From Candidatus Microgenomates bacterium (GTDB taxonomy: Bacteria > Patescibacteriota > Microgenomatia > UBA8517 > JACQJR01), in the NCBI GenBank assembly GCA_016204995.1, contig JACQJR010000001.1:435132-471665 (forward strand): a stretch of DNA of 36,534 nt, read 5' to 3'. Every line of letters starts with the position of its first letter. The stretch's first letter is position 1. Below the pieces are notes generated by a model. That model did no database searches and had not been told where the DNA came from. It was given only the letters and a program-made list of their open reading frames with translations. The translations under genes and the position numbers were made by a program. Shown piece after piece: positions 16,661 to 26,487 of the stretch.

Positions 16661-17492
16661 CTAATTTCTTAGCATATTGAGCAGAAATCCAGCCACTGCT
16701 ACTGTTACTTGCTTCATACTCAATCTTAAACCAACTACCATCTTTGCTTTCATCCAATAAGGTATATTTTTGACCGGGAGTAACCCGGGCGCTCTCCGAA
16801 GCAGCAGTTGATGGTTCGTTTCTGACTCGCAAAAAACCAGTGGGAGTAGTTAAAATTTCTACCTGGGTTTGGGGCTCTTTTTTAGCCTCGGCCGATGTAG
16901 TTGATTCATTCAGTGGCAGCATGTCTACCAGCTTAGCCAGTTTGATTACAGAAGTTAGTTTATAACCGGCTAGTGTGCGGACATTAAGCTCGCGAGGGTT
17001 AAAGCCGGCAGAAGAAACAACTAGGCTATGCTGACCGACTTCAGTATCAATTTTAAGGGGAGTAAAACCGCGGGAAGTGCCATCCAAAGAAATCTCCGCC
17101 GAGTCAGGGGAGGACACTAAAGTGATGGCTGAATTTTTACCGCCGGTTTTCTCAAAAAATAATACTTCGCCGGAAGAGACGTCATCGCTTTCCCCAAAAT
17201 TACGCCTGACTACCGTCTCCATACCACCCACTAAAGCAACTTTAGTTTCATAAGGCACCAGGGCTGAATTTTGAGCAAAAGGAATCAGTTTAATGGTCAC
17301 CTCATCTACCTCGCGCTCAACAGTAAAAGGGGTGGTGCCGACTTGCTCTCCATTTAGAAAAACTGTGGCTTGGGGTGTGGTCTCAATTACCAGTTTGGCT
17401 TGAGTCTCCTTGGTACCTCTAATAAAAACAAAACCAGCCAGGCTTAAAATCAACACCAGGATAACACCAATGATCCAGAATTTACGCGGCAT
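16653..17492 (-). CDS. Membrane-anchored PEGA-domain / bacterial SH3-domain protein
   Basis: N-terminal TM helix, two PEGA-like segments (VFLNGEQVGTTPFTV; ISLDGTSRGFTPLKI) and a C-terminal SH3b-like segment FLRVRNEPS...GQKYTLL...WFKIEY...GWISAQY. Its 3' end overlaps the convergent gene end by 8 nt. Confidence 0.7.
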   Translation of the reverse strand: MPRKFWIIGVILVLILSLAGFVFIRGTKETQAKLVIETTPQATVFLNGEQVGTTPFTVEREVDEVTIKLIPFAQNSALVPYETKVALVGGMETVVRRNFGESDDVSSGEVLFFEKTGGKNSAITLVSSPDSAEISLDGTSRGFTPLKIDTEVGQHSLVVSSAGFNPRELNVRTLAGYKLTSVIKLAKLVDMLPLNESTTSAEAKKEPQTQVEILTTPTGFLRVRNEPSTAASESARVTPGQKYTLLDESKDGSWFKIEYEASNSSSGWISAQYAKKLVN

Positions 17493-17600
17493 GAGATACT
17501 TGTAGAAGAATAGCAGAGAAAGTTATTCTTGACAAGACAATTTTTCCTGAGGGGTTTTGTGTTTTGAGGCAATTTCAGGTAAAATATATTAAGAGAGCAA

Positions 17601-17671
17601 GGCCTCGTGGGAGAGTGGTTATCCAGCGGTCTGCAAAACCGCTTACACCGGTTCAATTCCGGTCGAGGCCT
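17601..17671 (+). tRNA. tRNA-Cys (anticodon GCA)
   Basis: Folded manually. Acceptor stem GGCCTCG/CGAGGCC (7 bp). Anticodon stem GCGGT/ACCGC with loop CTGCAAA. T arm ACCGG-TTCAATT-CCGGT. 4-nt variable loop, 3-bp D stem with GG in the loop, and discriminator U. No CCA is encoded. Confidence 0.9.
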
Positions 17672-17901
17672 CACAGGACAAAAGTGGGTTCAATCGCGCC
17701 CCTCGTGACTGGCGAAATACTTTGAGCCACCAAGCGAGGTAAGCGATATCGGTTTTCATAAACTGATATTCCCGCCTGCGCCTCTGGGAAAAGATGTCTG
17801 TCTAGCGGAGCTAGATCCTGCTCCGCAGGACAAAACAGCTATGCGCGGGTTTCTGGCGAAGCCAGATCTCGCTACGCGAGACGATTCCCGCTCGCGCCCC
17901 A
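17672..17901 (+). other. GC-rich structured non-coding island (candidate ncRNA, tRNA-like remnant or REP-like element)
   Basis: Two 30-nt double-hairpin units (17801-17830 and 17852-17881) differ only by compensatory pair changes and loop changes. A closing helix GCGCGGG/CTCGCGC is followed by C-CCA. CAGGACAAAA occurs as a direct repeat at 17674 and 17826. There is no credible ORF. Confidence 0.45.
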
Positions 17902-17946
17902 TAAAATTATCCCGCTAAAACTTTTTCGGTAAATATTAGGAAAAAC

Positions 17947-17975
17947 TTGACATGTTCTATAATTTATATTATAAT
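17947..17975 (+). promoter_or_regulatory. Consensus sigma70-type promoter (TTGACA-17 nt-TATAAT) upstream of the 18022 CDS
   Basis: TTGACA at 17947-17952 and TATAAT at 17970-17975, with an exact 17-nt spacer. Confidence 0.6.
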
Positions 17976-18021
17976 CCTTTATTAGAACCTTTAAAGGGGT
18001 TCTTTTTTTGAGCAAAATTAT

Positions 18022-18669
18022 ATGAACATCAGAATTTTCGTAGCGTCAATCTTGTTAACCCTAGTCGGGGCAGTCACTCTGTCTCAATTAGGATTTGTGC
18101 CTAGCGTGGGGGCTTTAGCTCCTCGCGGCGGCGGCTTGACTGAACCTATCACCCCTCCGATTACTACCTTTACTACTAGTGTTCGTGGCAATATCCAATA
18201 CCGTTTCTTAAACTATAAACCCGAACAAATTAAGGTCGCGCCAGGTGTGGAAGTATTTGTGACTAACTTCCCTTTGTTTGATGCCAAAAAGGCACCTCAA
18301 AGAGGCGGAGCCAATGGCTGGGCTAAAACTGATAAAAACGGCGATTATATCTTGACCTGGGAAGCTGAAGAAAATAAAACCTATTACATCTGGTTCTGGG
18401 ATAATAAAGGTACTACCTTTACGCCTAAACAATATGGCATCACCTTTGCCCCTCAAAGAGGAGGCAATACTCCAGTTTTTAATGCCGAAGGCAAAATCAA
18501 TTATTATTTAATTCTTTCTGAAATGAATAAAGCTTTTGGCGCCAACTCCTGGGAAGACCGCTATAATCCTCGCTATGATGCTGACAACAACTACATGATT
18601 GATATCTACGATACAGTGAGATTAAAAAACTTGCTGTTATTCAATTTGCCTGCTGGCGCCAGACGCTAA
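18022..18669 (+). CDS. Secreted protein with a carboxypeptidase-regulatory-like segment and a C-terminal dockerin/EF-hand-like repeat (hypothetical)
   Basis: Signal-peptide-like N-terminus. TDKNGDYIL is a prealbumin-fold-type motif. DADNNYMIDIYDTVRLKNLLL fits D-x-D-x-N-x-x-I-D-x-x-D. The motif AP(Q)RGG occurs three times. Confidence 0.55.
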   Translation: MNIRIFVASILLTLVGAVTLSQLGFVPSVGALAPRGGGLTEPITPPITTFTTSVRGNIQYRFLNYKPEQIKVAPGVEVFVTNFPLFDAKKAPQRGGANGWAKTDKNGDYILTWEAEENKTYYIWFWDNKGTTFTPKQYGITFAPQRGGNTPVFNAEGKINYYLILSEMNKAFGANSWEDRYNPRYDADNNYMIDIYDTVRLKNLLLFNLPAGARR

Positions 18670-18688
18670 ATTCTCCTACACTTAAAAG

Positions 18689-19768
18689 GTGGTAAGATTT
18701 ATTGCCCTCTTTCTGCTCTTTATTCTACCTCTAATTTTCGTTCCTTTTATTCCCTTTGGCTTTGAAACCCCCAAGGTAGTTATAGCTGAATTATTAATTG
18801 AAACTGGAATAGTAATAACTGTATTAAAAAAAGATTTCTCATTGAGGCACTTTCACCCGACACAACTCAAGCTAATTTTAGCCTTGATTATCCTGGCGGT
18901 ATTTCAGAGTATGTTAGGCCCTACCGACTTCTTAGGCAATGTTTTTCGTCATCAAGGAGTATTTTTGCTGTGGCATTTATTGCTATGGTCTTTAATGGCA
19001 ACTCAATTTGATCTGAAAATACCTAAAAACCTACCCCTAATTACTCTAGTTCTATTATTAACTTCAAGCGCGTTTCTATTAGGCGGCAACCAGGCTGGCC
19101 GGGCCTTTGGCACCCTAGGCGAGCCTAATGCCTTGGCTACCACCACTGTTTTTATCCTACCTTTTCTCCTTTTTAACTTAAAATGGTTTTACCCAATTTT
19201 AGGAGCAATTTTAGCCTTTGGCATCATCTTTCTCTCCGGCTCCAGATCAGGCTTGGAAGCCCTACTAACAGAGTTATTATTTTTAATTTTAATTAAAATA
19301 AGGCTGGCCACCACTAAGGCTTTTGCTGTTTGTCTTATTTTATTGGCTATCAGTCTGACTACTCCTTTAATTGAGGGTGGCAGTTGGTTTGAAAACCGGG
19401 CTGAAGTCTGGCAAACCGCTCTTCAATCTGGACTGGAGTCTCCCCTTTTTGGCCACGGTTTTGGCAATATGGAGCAGGCCTTCCACGAGACTGCTGTCAG
19501 ATTAAATAATAATATCCAGTATCAAGTGGTGGATTCTGCTCATAATTTCCTCTTGGACTGGTGGGTTCAAGGAGGAACTTTAGGATTGGTCATCTTTTTA
19601 TCCACCTTGAGTCTTTCCCTAAAAAACCTCCTGGTTAGGCATGATTTAGCTTTACTGGCCGCCAGCTTAGGCCTCCTAGTTAGCCTCTCTTTTAACCCTG
19701 TTTCTGTGGTCAATTTGGCAGCCTTCTGGTGGCTAATTGGCCAGGGTTTTAAAACCAGCCAAACTTGA
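18689..19768 (+). CDS. O-antigen ligase/polymerase-like (Wzy_C domain) membrane protein
   Basis: Polytopic protein. SGSRSGLEALL, HGFGN and AHNFLLDWWVQGGTLGLVIFL match the Wzy_C/WaaL-type pattern. GTG start. Confidence 0.7.
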   Translation: MVRFIALFLLFILPLIFVPFIPFGFETPKVVIAELLIETGIVITVLKKDFSLRHFHPTQLKLILALIILAVFQSMLGPTDFLGNVFRHQGVFLLWHLLLWSLMATQFDLKIPKNLPLITLVLLLTSSAFLLGGNQAGRAFGTLGEPNALATTTVFILPFLLFNLKWFYPILGAILAFGIIFLSGSRSGLEALLTELLFLILIKIRLATTKAFAVCLILLAISLTTPLIEGGSWFENRAEVWQTALQSGLESPLFGHGFGNMEQAFHETAVRLNNNIQYQVVDSAHNFLLDWWVQGGTLGLVIFLSTLSLSLKNLLVRHDLALLAASLGLLVSLSFNPVSVVNLAAFWWLIGQGFKTSQT

Positions 19769-19793
19769 CTTTGCTGACCTATTAAGATATACT
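19765..19793 (+). promoter_or_regulatory. Near-consensus sigma70-type promoter (TTGACT-17 nt-TATACT) upstream of the M23 peptidase gene
   Basis: TTGACT at 19765-19770 overlaps the upstream stop codon. TATACT at 19788-19793, with a 17-nt spacer. Confidence 0.5.
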
Positions 19794-19802
19794 TCTATCA
19801 TG

Positions 19803-19828
19803 TCCTCGTATACGTACGAGGATTTTTT
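19803..19828 (+). terminator. Rho-independent terminator-like hairpin with T-tract
   Basis: TCCTCGTA-TACG-TACGAGGA (8-bp perfect stem, 4-nt loop) followed by TTTTTT. It starts 35 nt after the stop of the O-antigen-ligase-like gene. Confidence 0.65.
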
Positions 19829-19851
19829 ATGCCCATTTCTGGACACATATC

Positions 19852-20559
19852 ATGTTAAAACTCAACCTAAATTTACCCTTATATCGCGTCAGGGTCCAAG
19901 TGGCCCCCAAGCGACATCGCGGCAACGATCAATTCCTAGCTCTAGTTAATGAGCTTCTGACTGTCCGTTTTGGCAGCCGGATTAGTCGTGCCATCCGCTT
20001 TGTCCTGGAACACATCCATCTAAAACGTATTTTAGGCGTCAATTTGGTAGGTATGGCCCTAGCGGCCAACACTATCAATACCACAGGTGTGATCAGCGTA
20101 AACGACACTCCGACTGAAATGACCACCCTGCCGGCCACTGATAGTTCAGTAAAAACTATCGTCGTTAGACGCTACCCTATTAACGGCCGACCTGTTATTA
20201 CCCAAGGCTATCATTTATTCCATAATGGCGTGGACATTGACGGAGTAACTGGCGATCCTATCTATCCACTGATGAATGGTAAAGTTGCCTTTGTGGGTAA
20301 AGATTTCTTCTTAGGCAATAAGGTAGTGGTGGATCACGAAGATGACTATGAATCTGTTTATGGCCATTTAAATAAAACTGCTGTTAAAACCGGCCAGGAA
20401 GTGACCACTGCCACCAAACTGGGTGAAATGGGTAATACCGGCAGATCTTTCGGCGACCATTTACACTTAGAGGTTTATAAAAACGGCCGTAACACCAATC
20501 CTTTTACTGTACTGCCGGCCGGCAATCCTACCTTTAATCTGGTAAAAAGAGCCCACTAA
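19852..20559 (+). CDS. M23 family (LytM-type) metallopeptidase
   Basis: HNGVDIDG, GNKVVVDHEDDYESVYGHL and MGNTGRSFGDHLHLEVYKNG (HxxxD and HxH signatures). Confidence 0.85.
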   Translation: MLKLNLNLPLYRVRVQVAPKRHRGNDQFLALVNELLTVRFGSRISRAIRFVLEHIHLKRILGVNLVGMALAANTINTTGVISVNDTPTEMTTLPATDSSVKTIVVRRYPINGRPVITQGYHLFHNGVDIDGVTGDPIYPLMNGKVAFVGKDFFLGNKVVVDHEDDYESVYGHLNKTAVKTGQEVTTATKLGEMGNTGRSFGDHLHLEVYKNGRNTNPFTVLPAGNPTFNLVKRAH

Positions 20560-20575
20560 ATTATATACTTAGACC

Positions 20576-23033
<2,458 letters not shown>

Positions 23034-23036
23034 AGC

Positions 23037-23363
23037 TTACGCCGTTTTAACGGCGAGTATATCATCAAATTTCACTAACATATATTCGCGGCCCTCAACC
23101 TTAAGATCATTGCCGCCCCATTTTTTGTAATAAACAGTCTCGCCTACTTTGCAGGGTGCTGATTTTTTACCATGTTCGGTGATTTCATCATCACCAATGG
23201 CTAACACTTTTCCTAATTGGGGTTTTTCGCTGGCAGATTCAGGCAGAACAATACCGGAGGCCGTTTGCCGCATGGCTTCTTCCGGCTCCAGCAGAATATT
23301 ACCAGCTGTGGGTAAGATATTAATTTTAGGAGCAGGAGTTGCTGTAGATTTAACTTTCGGCAT
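23037..23363 (-). CDS. groES: Co-chaperonin GroES (Cpn10) with a ~14-aa N-terminal extension
   Basis: ILPTAGNILLEPEE...GIVLPESASEKPQLGKVLAIGDD...GETVYYKKWGG...EYMLVKFDDILA. Confidence 0.95.
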   Translation of the reverse strand: MPKVKSTATPAPKINILPTAGNILLEPEEAMRQTASGIVLPESASEKPQLGKVLAIGDDEITEHGKKSAPCKVGETVYYKKWGGNDLKVEGREYMLVKFDDILAVKTA

Positions 23364-23368
23364 ATTTA

Positions 23369-23423
23369 TTATCAGTTATTGACTACGAGTGCTATTTTAG
23401 AAGAATACTGTCATCTTTGTCAA
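23369..23423 (-). promoter_or_regulatory. Candidate groESL promoter (TTGACA-18 nt-TAAAAT) with a degenerate CIRCE-like inverted repeat just downstream
   Basis: The minus strand reads TTGACA(23423-23418)-18 nt-TAAAAT(23399-23394), then ATAGCACTC-GTAGTCAAT-AACTGATAA. Against the CIRCE consensus TTAGCACTC-N9-GAGTGCTAA this is 8/9 and 6/9. Confidence 0.45.
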
Positions 23424-23453
23424 GAGGTAATCCTAACTGCTAAAAAATTATTG

Positions 23454-24020
23454 TTATTGAGTGAATTTAAAGGTGGAGAGGATTTGATTAAAAAGTGATT
23501 TATCGCCTACCATCATATTGAAGGTATAAGTTTTACCTTTGTGCACTACTGCAGCAACTAATATTCTATCCGCTCCAGGTACCTCTTTTACCTTCTGCAC
23601 AAGAACTAATTCTCCTTGCTCATTGCCGATACTAACTGACTCTCTACTAATTGCCTGAAATGCTTCTTCGTCCATATTAACCAGAGGTGACCTAACTATG
23701 TTATCCACATGAATTGAAAAGATGCCAGTTATATCTGTGGCACAAGAAATGGGTAGATGAGTTCCAAAACCTACAACTGATTGACAAACAAGAGTATCCC
23801 ATTCGGAAGGATATCTTACTGACCAATCACTATTTGTGTATGTCTTCCAATTTGCAGTTTCATTTGGGGATGATGAGGAAAAGGGGGTGGGTGATGATTG
23901 AGTAACTTGTGTTGGAGAAGTGGGTTTGGGTTGTTGTTTATACAGCAAATATCCACCCAAAGCTACAGTTATTAAGATTACTATGACTATTGGAGCTAGG
24001 CCTTTTTGATTATTCATCAA
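23454..24020 (-). CDS. Membrane-anchored extracytoplasmic protein (hypothetical)
   Basis: N-terminal TM helix (LAPIVIVILITVALGGYLLY), an S/T/P-rich linker and a globular domain (NWKTYTNSDWSVRYPSEW). Confidence 0.5.
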   Translation of the reverse strand: MMNNQKGLAPIVIVILITVALGGYLLYKQQPKPTSPTQVTQSSPTPFSSSSPNETANWKTYTNSDWSVRYPSEWDTLVCQSVVGFGTHLPISCATDITGIFSIHVDNIVRSPLVNMDEEAFQAISRESVSIGNEQGELVLVQKVKEVPGADRILVAAVVHKGKTYTFNMMVGDKSLFNQILSTFKFTQ

Positions 24021-24037
24021 TTTCAGTATATCACTTT

Positions 24038-24952
24038 TCAGAAAGTCAAGTATTCTTTATTAGTTGTGGATTCATTTTTTAAAGCATATTTTTTAACTCT
24101 CTTTTCAAATTCTTTTAATACCATTTGTCCCCAGTCAATCGGATGGAAGAAAGCCTGGCCGGATTCCACTAACTCGCGAGTCTGGTGTTTTTTCATATGC
24201 CATTTTTGGAAACGAAAAGCCAAGGGTTCTAAAAAACGCAGTAAGACACCTAGGCTCTTTGGCTCTTGGGCTGTTAGGCTATCAGCATTTAGCCCATGAG
24301 CCCAATTACCTAATGTCCTAATAACCCACCAATTTTTCACCCATTCATTAGCTGTTAAGAACTTTTCAAAAGTGGAATTTTTATCCACCAATGGTACTAC
24401 CTGCAACACCTCATGGGCTGTATATAAATTGTGGATATCTGGTGGAACTAGCAAATTATCTGCATCTAGCCAGAGATTTAAACAAAGCTGATTAGCTCCA
24501 TCTTTGGAGCCAGCAGTTCTTAAAGGTAAAAAGGCCAGTTTTAATAGTAAACTAGCCAGCAAGCGAGTTGTCCACAAAGTACCTTTTTTGGTGATAATTA
24601 TTAAATCTATATCTGCCGACGAATCGGCATTATTCATCGCCAGACTACCGCTAATACCCACAAAACAAATTGTGGATAACCTGGAGAGAACTTGAGCGGC
24701 TTGGCGAGCAATGACCAGTTTAGAAAAAGATAGTTTATTTCTGTGGGTGCGGGCTAAAATAATCCCTGCCCTGCCTTTAAGGTGATACCACTGCCCAGTT
24801 TTTTCTACCAACACCTTTTCTGCTCCTACTGATACCTTCCACTTATTTAACTCATCATGAGTCAGTGGATATTCAAAGATATCGTGATAACAAAGAGATA
24901 AAAATTGTCCCTGGCTTACCCACACAGGTTTGGTAGTTTTAACGTGTACCAT
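24038..24952 (-). CDS. Pol-beta-superfamily nucleotidyltransferase-domain protein (hypothetical)
   Basis: FVGISGSLAMNNADSSADIDLIIIT fits the G-S-x(n)-D-x-D minimal nucleotidyltransferase signature. Confidence 0.55.
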   Translation of the reverse strand: MVHVKTTKPVWVSQGQFLSLCYHDIFEYPLTHDELNKWKVSVGAEKVLVEKTGQWYHLKGRAGIILARTHRNKLSFSKLVIARQAAQVLSRLSTICFVGISGSLAMNNADSSADIDLIIITKKGTLWTTRLLASLLLKLAFLPLRTAGSKDGANQLCLNLWLDADNLLVPPDIHNLYTAHEVLQVVPLVDKNSTFEKFLTANEWVKNWWVIRTLGNWAHGLNADSLTAQEPKSLGVLLRFLEPLAFRFQKWHMKKHQTRELVESGQAFFHPIDWGQMVLKEFEKRVKKYALKNESTTNKEYLTF

Positions 24953-26405
24953 ATGAGGATAAAACTTGACTCACGCCTTGGGCCACTGTTTGCATCGCCT
25001 CTTTGACGTCACCACCCTGCAATACTTTATTAATCGCATCTTCAAAATATTTTGAAATACGAGAATTAATCCCCGTTGGACCATCATTAGTGCGGCTGGC
25101 CAAATACCAGGATTTGGCAAAAGGCGCTTCTTTAATAAAGGCCCCCACTGTCGGATCAGAGGATAACAAATCAGCCATATCTGGCCGCGGGTAAGGCTCG
25201 CCAAATAGTCGCATTTTGGCTTGCAAGCTATACAGCTTTTCCAAAAACTCTTTATCGCTTAAAAACTTCAAGAACTTATAAGACTCACTGACATTTTTAC
25301 TTCTGGCCCAGACTCCTTCCACCCAATAACTGGCCCAAGTCAGATCTTTTTGATCTGGTGTGGCTTTGGCCACCTGTGGCACCGGCACTATTTGAAAATG
25401 CAAATTGGGATTTTGGGCTTTGATATTAAAGGCTTCCCAGGAAGGACCAAAATACATCGCCACTTTCCCTGAAGCAAAAGTTACGGTAGAAGGCGGTAAA
25501 GTCTCGTCCCATACTTTATCAGTAGTTGCAAAAATTGTATAGAAAGTTAAAGAATCTTCAGCATTTTTACTAATAGGACTGGCCATATCCGCCCCGTTTT
25601 GCAGCATCATTAACGACAAAATATCCTGCCAGTGATCTACATTGGCGGCATTGCCCAAAGCTACGCCGGCCCGAGTAATATTCTGTTGCTCATCTCTGAT
25701 GGTTAAAGCCAGCGCCTCTGACCGCAGCTCATCCCAGGTGATAGGCGGAGTTAGACCAGCCTGTTGAAAAATATCAGTATTAATGTATAACCCCAAACCA
25801 TCAATCATTAAAGGAATTCCTAAAATCTGATTGTTGCGAGTTAGGTCGGCTACTGCCACTGGATAAAATCGGTTTTGGAAATCAGATAAAGACATCACTC
25901 CGGGAGGAACCACTGCTAGTTCGCTTGCCATCATCGGCACCCAGCTATTATGAAAACGGAAAATATCCGGTCCTTCACCGCGGGCCAAAGCTGAAGTTAA
26001 TCTCTCCCGATAATCCTGTTGAGATTGTTTAATATAGCTAATTTTGATGTTAGGGTGGGCTTTTTGGTATTCCTCAATTAAAGGAGTAACCAGACTATCA
26101 TCCTCCCATAATCCCCACCAGGTTAGGTTAACTGGTGGTACTGGTTTAGCCGAAGGAAAGAATTTGGTAAAAGCCACAAATCCTCCCCCTAAAACAGCCA
26201 ATACTGCTATGACTATTAAAATCATTTTTAAGGGCAGTCTGGATAAAAATGACTTTTTCTCTCCATCTAAAGGATGGCTAAAATCTGGTGGTTGAGTTGA
26301 AGTTGGCCCTGCAGGTGATACGGGTGGGACTGCCGGCGTTGGTGAAGCCGGTGGGATCGGAGGGAAAGAGCTGTCTTGAACTGGAAATTGGTCAGGGAAA
26401 GCCAT
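24939..26405 (-). CDS. Extracellular solute-binding protein (ABC-transporter family 1, sugar-type) with a Pro-rich N-terminus and membrane anchor
   Basis: LTWWGLWEDDSLVTPLIEEYQKAHPNIKISY, and further on IPLMIDGLGLYIN and WDELR. No permease or ATPase gene is adjacent. Confidence 0.75.
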   Translation of the reverse strand: MAFPDQFPVQDSSFPPIPPASPTPAVPPVSPAGPTSTQPPDFSHPLDGEKKSFLSRLPLKMILIVIAVLAVLGGGFVAFTKFFPSAKPVPPVNLTWWGLWEDDSLVTPLIEEYQKAHPNIKISYIKQSQQDYRERLTSALARGEGPDIFRFHNSWVPMMASELAVVPPGVMSLSDFQNRFYPVAVADLTRNNQILGIPLMIDGLGLYINTDIFQQAGLTPPITWDELRSEALALTIRDEQQNITRAGVALGNAANVDHWQDILSLMMLQNGADMASPISKNAEDSLTFYTIFATTDKVWDETLPPSTVTFASGKVAMYFGPSWEAFNIKAQNPNLHFQIVPVPQVAKATPDQKDLTWASYWVEGVWARSKNVSESYKFLKFLSDKEFLEKLYSLQAKMRLFGEPYPRPDMADLLSSDPTVGAFIKEAPFAKSWYLASRTNDGPTGINSRISKYFEDAINKVLQGGDVKEAMQTVAQGVSQVLSSYGTR

Positions 26406-26443
26406 AGTCTTCTCTTCATGATATCATATGGAAAGGAAACTCA

Positions 26444-26477
26444 CCTGCCCGCAATGCTAGCGTAAGCGTGGCAGGCG
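26444..26477. repeat. 34-bp GC-rich palindromic insert flanked by a 9-bp direct repeat (MITE/REP-like candidate)
   Basis: GGAAACTCA (26435-26443) | CCTGCCCGCAATGCTAGCGTAAGCGTGGCAGGCG | GGAAACTCA (26478-26486). The termini CCTGCC/GGCAGG pair perfectly. Confidence 0.6.
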
Positions 26478-26487
26478 GGAAACTCAA

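Noticed and set aside
17529-17585. TTGACA at 17529-17534 and TAAAAT at 17580-17585 considered as the tRNA-Cys promoter
   Set aside because: The hexamers are 45 nt apart, which is incompatible with a sigma70 spacer. The only -35-like hexamer at 17-nt spacing (TTGTGT) is weak, so no promoter feature is claimed.
17450-17674. 74-aa minus-strand ORF spanning the tRNA-Cys locus
   Set aside because: It overlaps a well-folding tRNA gene on the opposite strand. The peptide is Cys/Arg/Pro-rich with no protein-like features.
17745-17770. Hairpin with CAT in its loop, considered as the anticodon arm of a second tRNA (Met/Ile) or a pseudo-tRNA
   Set aside because: The stem is 10-11 bp with a 4-nt loop, and no register gives a 5-bp stem with a 7-nt loop. 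I could not build a cloverleaf with D and T arms around it on either strand.
19829-19858. 9-codon uORF (MPISGHISC) overlapping the M23 peptidase start codon
   Set aside because: It is too short to distinguish from chance in AT-rich DNA, and it has no Shine-Dalgarno sequence. It is mentioned only within the promoter/hairpin finding.
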